Assembly (NCBI GenBank): GCA_963784525.1
Contig: CAWART010000001.1
Location: 339,729-403,728, forward strand
Source: Candidatus Aminicenantes bacterium
GTDB taxonomy: Bacteria; Acidobacteriota; Aminicenantia; Aminicenantales; Saccharicenantaceae
Direction: 5' to 3'
Length of the DNA: 64,000 bases
Shown piece after piece: positions 56,515 to 64,000 of the stretch. Position numbers and translations under genes: made by a program. A model generated the notes under the pieces. It ran no database searches and was not told the DNA's origin. It saw nothing but the letters and a program-made list of their open reading frames with translations. How positions within the stretch are numbered: the stretch's first letter is position 1; each line of letters opens with the position of its first letter.

Positions 56515-58761
56515 CTACTTAATGATCCTGGGGGTGATGAAGATGAGGAGCTCCCGGTTCTGTTTGGTCCGGGCGAAGGAGCGGAAGAGGTTCCCCAGAA
56601 TGGGTATCTTGCCCAGGAAAGGCACGCTGTCCCGGGTCACGGAATCTTCTGTCCGGTAGATGCCCCCGATGACCGTCGTCCCGCCGTCCGGGATCATGAC
56701 CGTGGTCTTGGCGCTCTGCGTGGTGATGGGCGGGATGCCGTTGACGAGGTTGGCGAAGTCGGCGGCGTTGTTCTGGATCTCGACGGTCATGATGATGGTC
56801 CCCTCGGCCGTGATCTGGGGCGTGGCTTTGAGCTCCAGGGCGGCGTTCACATACCGCGTGGTCACGGTGAAGTTGGCCACGGTCTGGACGGGGATCTGGC
56901 GGCCCTGGATGATCTCGGCCGGCTGGTTGTTCTGGGTGGTCACCTTGGGCGAGGAGATGATCCGGCCGTTGCCCGAGGTCTCGAGGGCGGACAGGGCGAC
57001 GTCCAGCCGGAAGGTATCGAGGATGTTGGCGAACGAGAACCCGACGGCGGTGTTGAAGGCCGGCGCGGGCAGGTTGATGGCGTACCCCCCGAGCGGGCCG
57101 CCGATGCCCTTGGTCACGATGCCCTGGGGGATCATGGCCCCGTCGGCCAGGATCTTATTGGGGAACTGCAGGGACGTCTGATTGCCGTAGAAGGGGTCGA
57201 CGACGCCCTGATAGCCCCACTGGATGCCCAGGTTGCGGATGAAGGTCGCCGTGGCCTCGATGATCCGCGCCTCGATGGAGACCTGGGGGGTGGGGGTGTC
57301 GAGGACGGCGATGAGCTTCTCGAGGAGGTCGAGCTTGTCCTTGACGTCCGAGACGATGAGCGTATTGGTCCGTTCGTCGACGACCATCTCGCCCCGCGAC
57401 GAGATCTTCGTCTTGAGGAGGGCGGCGACGTCCTTGGCCTTGGAATAGGAAAGGGTGATGGTCTTGACCTGGACCGGGCCGGCGAGCTCCTTGCTCTCCT
57501 TGAGCTTTCTCTGGTCCGCGTCCTCGCGGGTCAGGATCGTCATCGGGGCGATCCGCAGGACGTTGCCCTCGATGGTCTTGCCCATCCGGTTGTAACGGAG
57601 GACGATGTCGAGGGCCTGGTCCCAGGGAACGGCCTGCAGGTCGCAGGTCACGCTCCCCCGGACGTCGGGATCAAAGACGACGTTGAGGTCGGCGAATTCG
57701 GCCAGGTAGAGGACGACGTCCCTCAGGTCCGCGTCCTTGAACTTGAGGCTGATGGCCTCGCCCGTGTATTTCTCCTCCTCGGCGGTGATGGTCTTCGGCT
57801 TGAACTTGTCCTCCGGAGCCGCCTTGGGCGCCTCGGCCTTGGGCTGGGGCGCGATCGTCTGTTCCTGGGCCCGGGCGGCCGGGGGCGGGGCCGGCTCGGC
57901 CTTCGCCACGGCGGCGACCGGCTGAGGCTCGGGATCTTTCACCTTCGCCGGAGCCGGGGCTTTTTCGGTCCCGGGCTTGAAGAAGGAGATGACGAGGTCG
58001 CCGTTCACCGCGTCCAGGGCGTACGGGCCGGGCTCCTTCAGGTCGAAGACCATCCGGGTGATGGGCCCGGGGTCGGCCGTCTGGAACTGGCCGATGCGGA
58101 CCTTGTCGACGCCCATCTTGGCGACGGGATAGACCGCCGTAGGCCTGGCGAACGTCGTGTCGAACAGGTCGACGACGAGGCGGGAGGGATCGTCGAGGGC
58201 GAAGACCTGGGCGACGGCGTCGGCGCCGAGCCGGGCCTTGAAGCTGATGCGGTCGGCCTGTTCGGAGATGTCCAGCTTGCTCAGGACGATCCCCGCGGAG
58301 GTCTTCCGATCGAGCCGGGCGCGCGTTTCGGGGTCGATGACGTACTCGGACCGGGCCTTCTGGATGCCGTTGAGCTCGACCACGGTCCTGTCGTTCAAGG
58401 AGGATATCCGGTAAGGGACCTTCTCCTTGAGGCTGAGGTAGAACCTCAGCCCGGAGGCCCCGGAGCGCTCGACCCGGATGTTCTCGATCAGCCCGGAGTC
58501 GGCCGGCGCGATCCTGGGGACCTCGGCCGTCCGGGCCTTGTCGACGTCGATGACGATGGTCCCGGGCTGTTGGGGGGCGTAGTAGGTCGACTGGACGGGA
58601 AGGAGCGCGTCGGTCCGGAAGACGAGCTTCGTCGTCAGGAGCCCGGGCTGGACCTCGATCCGGCTGATGTTGGTCACAGGGTCCTGCCCCGGCGCCGGGG
58701 GCGCCAGCAGAAGAAGGAGGCCGATCGCGGTCAGGATGGGCAGACGGAATTTCCTTTTCAT
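56515..58761 (-). CDS. pilQ: type IV pilus secretin PilQ (AMIN domains, N0/N1, secretin)
   Basis: 748 aa. Tandem AMIN-like N-terminal domains, a Pro/Ala-rich linker, and a secretin core with the C-terminus ...VPFLGKIPILGNLFRSFARTKQNRELLIFITPRII. Confidence 0.9.
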   Translation of the reverse strand: MKRKFRLPILTAIGLLLLLAPPAPGQDPVTNISRIEVQPGLLTTKLVFRTDALLPVQSTYYAPQQPGTIVIDVDKARTAEVPRIAPADSGLIENIRVERSGASGLRFYLSLKEKVPYRISSLNDRTVVELNGIQKARSEYVIDPETRARLDRKTSAGIVLSKLDISEQADRISFKARLGADAVAQVFALDDPSRLVVDLFDTTFARPTAVYPVAKMGVDKVRIGQFQTADPGPITRMVFDLKEPGPYALDAVNGDLVISFFKPGTEKAPAPAKVKDPEPQPVAAVAKAEPAPPPAARAQEQTIAPQPKAEAPKAAPEDKFKPKTITAEEEKYTGEAISLKFKDADLRDVVLYLAEFADLNVVFDPDVRGSVTCDLQAVPWDQALDIVLRYNRMGKTIEGNVLRIAPMTILTREDADQRKLKESKELAGPVQVKTITLSYSKAKDVAALLKTKISSRGEMVVDERTNTLIVSDVKDKLDLLEKLIAVLDTPTPQVSIEARIIEATATFIRNLGIQWGYQGVVDPFYGNQTSLQFPNKILADGAMIPQGIVTKGIGGPLGGYAINLPAPAFNTAVGFSFANILDTFRLDVALSALETSGNGRIISSPKVTTQNNQPAEIIQGRQIPVQTVANFTVTTRYVNAALELKATPQITAEGTIIMTVEIQNNAADFANLVNGIPPITTQSAKTTVMIPDGGTTVIGGIYRTEDSVTRDSVPFLGKIPILGNLFRSFARTKQNRELLIFITPRIIK

Positions 58762-58762
58762 G

Positions 58763-59212
58763 TTAACGCTCCTCCGGGTTGATTTCCTTGATGATATCCT
58801 TGGGCCGCATCAGGGGGATGCCGCGCTCGTTGGTCTTCCGGAACACGACCTGGGATTCGTTGATCGACAGGACGTAACCGTCGGCGAACCTGTCGCCCGT
58901 CTTGACGAAGAACGGGAACCCCTGGGGGCCGCTGACGATGGCCGTCAGCTTCGCCCTGGCCTTGACGATCCCGACGAGCGTCGTGTCGTCGATGGTGAGC
59001 TGGGGGATCCCGCCGGGGGCGGTCTTGTCCTTGACGTCCTTTCCGGCCAGAAGGTTCTTGAACGGGTCCCTTCTCCCGGCCGGATCGTAGGTCGATCGTA
59101 CCGGAGCGACCTTCAGCGACTCGATCTCGGTGGCGACGGCCTGCTCCTGGGCGGGAAGTGCTCCGGCCAGGAGCGCCCCGAGGAGAATGACGCAAACGGC
59201 TGTTCTTTTCAT
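58763..59212 (-). CDS. pilP: type IV pilus assembly lipoprotein PilP
   Basis: Signal peptide (MKRTAVCVILLGALLAGAL) and a PilP beta-domain (...DTTLVGIVKARAKLTAIVSGPQGFPFFVKTGDRFADGYVLSINESQVVF). ATG at 59212 with a GAGGTGAGG SD. Position between pilO and pilQ. Confidence 0.7.
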   Translation of the reverse strand: MKRTAVCVILLGALLAGALPAQEQAVATEIESLKVAPVRSTYDPAGRRDPFKNLLAGKDVKDKTAPGGIPQLTIDDTTLVGIVKARAKLTAIVSGPQGFPFFVKTGDRFADGYVLSINESQVVFRKTNERGIPLMRPKDIIKEINPEER

Positions 59213-59217
59213 GGTCC

Positions 59218-59783
59218 TCACCTCGGTTTGGCCTTGGGGCTCGGGGCCGGATTCTCCAGGAAGTAATAGGTCTTGGCCGTGAAGGAAGAGGACACCGTCA
59301 CGGCGTCGTTCTGCTTCGCGAGGGCCCGGATGGAGAAGTTCTCGACGTTGAAGATGCGGGCGAAATGGCTGAGCCGGTCGAAGAAGATGGCCAGATTATG
59401 GTAGTTTCCGGTGACCTCGATGGGGATGGGCCACTCGGCGTAGAAATCCTTCCTGATCTCCCCCCTCGGCGCGAACTTGAGGATGTCCAGCCGGGCGTCG
59501 AAGGCCAGCTGCTGGATCCTCCGCAGGATGTCCGAGATCTCCTTCTTCTGGGGGATGATGACCTCGAGCTTCTTGAGGTCCTGTCCATGGTCACGAGCTC
59601 GGCCTCGATCTTGTCCAGCTCCTGCTTCTTGAGCTTGAGGTCCTGGACTTCCTGCTCGAGTTTCTCCCGGTCCGCCCGGAGGGTGTCGAGTTCCTGGCCC
59701 TTCGGCTTGAAGTAGAAAAAGAAGACCAGGCCGAAGATGACGACGGCCAGGACGAGATAGCCGTACCAGGGCCAGTTCTTCAT
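59218..59783 (-). pseudogene. pilO: pilO with one internal frameshift near 59575-59590 (possible sequencing error)
   Basis: The N-terminal frame gives MKNWPWYGYLVLAVVIFGLVFFFYFKPKGQELDTLRADREKLEQEVQDLKLKKQELDKIEAEL. The C-terminal PilO core (DLKKLEVIIPQKKEISDILRRIQQLAFDARLDILKFAPRGEIRKDFYAEWPIPIEVTGNYHNLAIFFDRLSHFARIFNVENFSI...) lies in a different frame. The frame offset corresponds to a 1-nt indel. Confidence 0.6.
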
Positions 59784-60410
59784 GGCGTCCTCCTTTTCGT
59801 CGGCGCTTTGGCGGGGGGCGGCGGGGGCGGCGGCGGCGCCTTGGGATTGACGACGGCGGCGGTCAGCGAGAACTCAAGGTACTGGTCGTTCCGGGCCGTC
59901 TTCTGCGTCGAGGAGATCAGGTTCACGCTTTCGAAATAGGGGCTGTTCTCCAGGTTGGCGATGAGATCGGCGACGAGGTTGTTCGACAGGGCGTTGCCCC
60001 GGATCTGGATGTTCTTCGCGTCGTAGCCGATCTCGTTCAGCCAGACCCAGTCGGGGAGGCTCCGGCTCAGCTCGTCCATGATCCGGACGGCCATGTCCTG
60101 CTGGGACTTGAGCTGGTTGATGAGCCCGATCTTCTGCATCAGGGAGGCCTTGTCCTTCTGCTGTTCGTCGAGCTTGGCGATGACGTACTGGAGCTTGTTC
60201 TTCTCCTCCTGGGCCTGCGGTGAGCAGCTCCCGTTCCTGGTCCATGGCCTTCTTCTGGTAGTAATAGTACCCCGCCAGGGCGATGATCAGCAGGAGGAAG
60301 ATCAGGTTCCCGATGCCGGGCCCCTTCTTGGCCTTGAATTCGGGCATCCCCTCGACCGGGGCTTCCCTGATATCCTTGGTTTCCGGTTTTAAAAGGTTGA
60401 TCCGAATCAT
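59780..60410 (-). pseudogene. pilN: pilN with one internal frameshift near 60210-60225 (possible sequencing error)
   Basis: The N-terminal frame gives MIRINLLKPETKD...GIGNLIFLLLIIALAGYYYYQKKAMDQERELL. The C-terminal PilN core (EEKNKLQYVIAKLDEQQKDKASLMQKIGLINQLKSQQDMAVRIMDELSRSLPDWVWLNEIGYDAKNIQIRGNALSNN...) lies in the +1 frame. Confidence 0.6.
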
Positions 60411-61485
60411 TTTTCCGCCTTTCGGGTCGAGAGTCCGACGGCCACCCCGAAGACCGGGGCCATCTCATTGAAATAAATGGGATCGAACTTCTTCTCGTCG
60501 TAGGGGATGTTCCGGAAGGGATTGAAGATCTCGGACTTGATCCGGAACTTGTGCTCGAAGGCGCCGGCCATGTTCGGGACGTTGGCCAGGCCGCCGCTGA
60601 GGAAGATCTGCTCGATCTTCCGCTCCCTCTTCTCGCCGGCCTCGTAGAAGGAGAACGTCTTCTCCATCTCGTCGAGGAGGTCGCGGATGTTCATCGTCAG
60701 GACGGTCTGGAACTGGTCGGCGGGGACCGCCTTCCCGGGGATGCCCTTGAGGAGCTTCTCGGCCTCCTCGAAGGGGACGTTCAGCTCCTTGCGCATGTTC
60801 TCGGTGAAGAAGTAGCCGCCCAGGGAGAGGTCGCGGAAGAGCTGGGGGGTGCCCTTCTCGATGATGACGACGTTGGTGATGTTGGCCCCCATGTTGATGA
60901 GGGCGACCGTCTTGCCCAGGAAGATCTCGGGGTAATTGATCTCGAGGGCGTTCTGGAGGGCGAAGACGTCGACCTCGATGGCCTGGAGGTTCTTCCGGGC
61001 CTGGTTGACGACGTTGCTGTAGTTGGCGATCTTGTCCTTCTTGGCGGCCACGAGGAGGATGTCCAGGTTTCTGTCCTCGCCGCCGCGGGGCGAATTGAGA
61101 ACGGCGTAATCGACGTTGGTCTCCTCGTAGGGATAGGGGATGTTGTGCTTGGCCTCCCAGATGATGGATTCGGCCAGCTCCTGCCGCTCCATGGACGGCA
61201 GGGAGATCTTCTTGATGATCACGGAATTCCCGGAGATCGAGATGACGATGTCCTTGTTGGAGATCTTGTTCTCGTCGAAGATGAGCCGGATGGTCTCGAC
61301 CACGGCGGCCGAATCGATGATGGTCCCCTCGACGATGGCGTCATGGGGGAGCGGCTCGTAGCCGATCCGGGCGACCTCGTAGGTGTCCCGTCCCCCTTTT
61401 TCCTGGCCTTGAGCTCCACGGCCTTGATCGAATAGGAGCCGATGTCCAGTCCCACCAATCCTTTTTCCCGAGAAATACCCAGCAT
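60407..61485 (-). pseudogene. pilM: pilM (actin-like ATPase) with a frameshift at an A5G5 run near 61381-61395
   Basis: The N-terminus MLGISREKGLVGLDIGSYSIKAVELKARKKGDG (phosphate-1 motif) is in one frame. The rest (YEVARIGYEPLPHDAIVEGTIIDSAAVVETIRLIFDENK...FNEMAPVFGVAVGL) is in the +2 frame. The junction lies at aggaaaaagggggacggg. Confidence 0.6.
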
Positions 61486-61499
61486 TTTGCCCTGCCTTT

Positions 61500-62002
61500 T
61501 TAGATTTGGATCCGACCCGGTTTTCCGGGATTTTTCCCGGAGCTTCCGTTCGACGAGCTCAGGGACGAGGTCCCGGACGCTGCCGCCGAGCATGAAGACC
61601 TCCTTGACCAGGTTGGAGCTGAGGAAGGAGAACTCCTGGCTCGGCATCATGAACAGGGTTTCCATTTCCGGAGCGAGCTTGCGGTTCATGAGGGCCATCT
61701 GGAACTCGTACTCGAAATCGGAGATGGCCCTCAGGCCCCGGATGACGGTGTTGGTCCCCTTGGCCTTGGCGAACTCGACCAGGAGGCCGCTGAAGGACAC
61801 GACCTCCACCTCCTTGCGTCCCTCGAAGATCTGTCGGATCATGGCCACCCTTTCTTTAGTCGTGAACAGAGGGTCTTTTTTGGGATTTTCCAGGACGGCG
61901 ACGAGGATCCGATCGAAAATATTCAGCCCCCGGTGGATGATATCGACATGCCCGTTGGTGATGGGATCGAAAGAGCCCGGGATAGATAGCTTTGTTCTCC
62001 AT
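61500..62002 (-). pseudogene. coaD: phosphopantetheine adenylyltransferase (coaD) with an extra nt at 61975 and an unclear 3-prime end
   Basis: MENKAIYPG then a frame error. Removing one nt restores SFDPITNGHVDIIHRGLNIFDRILVAVLENPKKDPLFTTKERVAMIRQIFEGRKEVEVVSFSGLLVEFAKAKGTNTVIRGLRAISDFEYEFQMALMNRKLAPEMETLFMMPSQEFSFLSSNLVKEV... No stop occurs in frame before the pilM N-terminus unless a second indel is assumed (TAA at 61500-61502 in the +1 frame). Confidence 0.5.
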
Positions 62003-62364
62003 CAAAAGACCTTTATTCTGGTCCCACCTTCGAAGTTGCATTACTGAATAACAAGATCCGATCTCCTTTGTCAATCGAAAATTATTCTATTATCAACGGT
62101 TAAGGCCCCCCCGGCGGGGTCCCGTGCCGCCACGCCGCCATCGTGCTCCCGAAGTCCTCCCTTCCGGGTCAATCACCCCCGGCGGCGATATCGGGGGTGA
62201 ATCGCGGATATGTCCGGAGCCGGCCGGCCGTTATATAATGACCTCGGTCGGCATCGAATATGCGAGTCCCGGCCGGAGTCGGGCGATCCTTTCGCGGCCG
62301 TTTCCCCGCGGCCCTTCCTGGCCGCCGGGCGGCCGGACAGGACTTCCGGAAGGAACGGGAGGCC

Positions 62365-62985
62365 ATGGTCCGGGACCAGATCGCCGCCCGCGGCGTCCGG
62401 GACGCCCGGGTCCTCGCCGCGATGCTCCGGGTTCCCCGGCACCTGTTCGTCCCCGAGGCGGTCCGGGCCAGGGCCTATGGCGATCATCCCCTGCCCATCG
62501 GCCGGGGCCAGACGATCTCCCAGCCCTATATCGTCGCCTTCATGACCGAGAGCCTGGCGCTCGAGCCGGGAGAAAAGGTCCTCGAGGTCGGCACGGGCTC
62601 CGGGTATCAATCCGCCGTCCTGGCCTGCTGACCGACAGGGTCTTCACCGTGGAGATCGACGGGCACTGGCCCGCGAGGCCGCCGCCGACGCTTCGGGAGC
62701 TCGGGTACGGGACGGTCCGCGTCCGCCAGGGGGACGGCTTTTTCGGCTGGCCCGAGGAGGCGCTCCGTTCGACGCCGTCATCGTGACCTGCGCGCGCCGG
62801 CCGGATCCCGCCGCCGCTCTTCGAACAGCTCGCCGAAGGGGGCCGCCTCGTCATGCCCGTCGAAAAAAGGCCCCTGTCCCAGACGCTGATGCTCGTCACG
62901 AAGAAGAACGGGAAGATCGCCGGTCCGCGAGCTTCTCGACGTCCTCTTCGTCCCCATGACGGGCGAGGCCGGCATTCAGAAGTAA
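62365..62985 (+). pseudogene. pcm: protein-L-isoaspartate O-methyltransferase (pcm) with at least 5 frameshifts
   Basis: [87 protein letters not shown] is then split across three frames: [14 protein letters not shown] / LAREAAA / TLRELGYGTVRVRQGDGFFGWPEEA / PFDAVIVTCA / LFEQLAEGGRLVMPVEKRPLSQTLMLVTKKNGKIA / VRELLDVLFVPMTGEAGIQK-stop. Confidence 0.6.
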
Positions 62986-63025
62986 GGGGGAAATCCCCCG
63001 CTCACCCCCCTTTTCCAAGGGCGGA
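62986..63025. repeat. C6-loop-G6 hairpin element copy (degenerate) plus an adjacent GGGGGAAATCCCCC hairpin, after pcm
   Basis: GGGGGAAATCCCCCGCTCACCCCCCTTTTCCAAGGGCGG shares the AAATCCCCC...CCCCCC-TTTTNCAAA-GG consensus. Confidence 0.45.
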
Positions 63026-63084
63026 AATCGGCCTCGGTCGATTGCATTTCGGGGCGGCGTATGCTACTTTTGGCCTGAGCGACG

Positions 63085-64000
63085 ATGATCAAGTTCGGGA
63101 CTTCCGGCTGGCGGGCCGTCATGGGCGAGGAATTCACCTTCCACAACGTCCGGGTCGTCGTCCAGGCGGCCGCCAATTTCCTGCATCGAGCGGTTCCCCG
63201 ACCGGCCCCTCTCCATCGTCGTCAACTACGACACCCGGTTCCTGTCGGAGCGGTACGCTTTCGAGGCCGCCAAGGTCCTGTCCCAGCAACAGGATCGGCG
63301 TTTTCCTGGCCGACCGCGACGCCCCGAGCCAGGCCCAGGCCTACCAGATCATCAAGCGGGGATGCCAGGGCGGGATCAATTTCACGGCGTCGTTCAACCC
63401 GCCGGAGTACAACGGCCTGAAGTTCAACACCCATACGGGCGCCCCGGCCCTTCCCGAGGTCACGGACCGGATCGAGGAGGAGATCCAGACGGCTCGCCAA
63501 GGATTTCACGAACGTCCCCGCCTATCCCCGGACCGAGTGCATCTCCAAGATCGACCTCCAGGCGGACTACCTCGATTACCTCCAGGGGAAGATCGACTTC
63601 GACGTCATCCGGCGCTCCGGCATCAAGGTCGGCGTGGACCTCCTCTTCGGCACGAGCCGGGAATACCTGGACGAGATCCTGGAGGGGAACGGCGTCCCCA
63701 TCGAGGAGATCCACGGCTACGTGGACCCCTACTTCGGAGGGGTCATCCCGTCCTGCACGGAGGAGAACCTCCGGGAGCTCAAGCGCCTCGTCCGGGACAA
63801 GAAATGCGACCTCGGCGTGGCCACGGACGCCGACGGGGACCGGTTCGGGATCCTCGACCAGGCCGGGAACTTCATCCACCAGAACCACATCCTGGCCATG
63901 CTTCTGGATTACCTGGTCGTCACGAAGGGCTGGACGGGAGGCGTGGCCCGGTCGGTCACGACGACCCAGCTCATCGACCGCATCGCCCGCAAGCACGGCC
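63085..64000 (+). pseudogene. alpha-D-phosphohexomutase (phosphoglucomutase/phosphomannomutase family), 3-prime-partial, with multiple frameshifts
   Basis: MIKFGTSGWRAVMGEEFTFHNVRVVVQAAANFL is followed by fragments in other frames (SIVVNYDTRFLSERYAFEAAKVLSQQ; GCQGGINFTASFNPPEYNGLKFNTHTGAPALPEVTDRIEEEIQ; DLLFGTSREYLDEILEGNGVPIEEIHGYVDPYFGGVIPSCTEENLRELKRLVRDKKCDLGVATDADGDRFGILDQAGNFIHQNHILAML). Confidence 0.6.

Noticed and set aside
59298-60410. ORF-track calls treating the Ser/Arg/Pro-rich C-terminal halves of 59298..59783 and 59874..60410 as protein sequence
   Set aside because: The conserved PilO and PilN C-terminal domains are encoded in another frame of the same strand. The listed tails are out-of-frame read-through after single-base indels.

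Overview
This is a high-GC (about 68%) chromosomal segment from a diderm (outer-membrane-bearing) bacterium. Genes are tightly packed and frequently overlap by a few bases (ATGA/GTGA junctions). No rRNA, CRISPR array, transposase or integrase was found. The content is housekeeping and envelope functions.

In order along the window:
- A cNMP-binding-domain protein fused to an aspartase/fumarase, followed by ackA-pta and a 2-oxoacid:ferredoxin oxidoreductase (korAB-like).
- A DASS anion symporter, a two-component pair with a cNMP-like sensor histidine kinase, and a five-gene minus-strand operon (nucleotidyltransferase, GNAT, SAM methyltransferase, Ser/Thr kinase, LMW-PTP).
- hslVU, an FAH-family enzyme, transaldolase and a GT-C glycosyltransferase.
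- TamB-BamA-SurA-like outer-membrane biogenesis genes, fabD, pgsA, mutS and clpB.
- A FadL-like outer-membrane protein next to a MacAB-type ABC efflux set, a PaaK-like ligase, a PAS-HD-GYP protein and tRNA-Phe.
- A conserved yicC-gmk-coaBC-(UDG)-priA array, then a pilMNOPQ type IV pilus operon followed by two lipoprotein genes, and coaD, pcm and a phosphohexomutase gene.

The observations I rate highest:
- A family of C6-loop-G6 hairpin elements sits at gene 3-prime ends, with a decayed roughly 8-copy tandem array of the same unit after clpB.
- The PriA homolog keeps its DNA-binding and zinc regions but has lost Walker A and motif VI (a pseudohelicase-like state).
- A cNMP-binding domain is fused to aspartase.
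- The final ~4.5 kb (pilO, pilN, pilM, coaD, pcm, phosphohexomutase) carries unusually dense indel-type frameshifts, mostly at homopolymers. Together with a family-4 UDG that needs a +1 correction in a C4 run, this looks like assembly error rather than biology, but it should be checked.

No single obviously novel multi-gene system could be proven from sequence alone. Candidates are flagged below with explicit tests.
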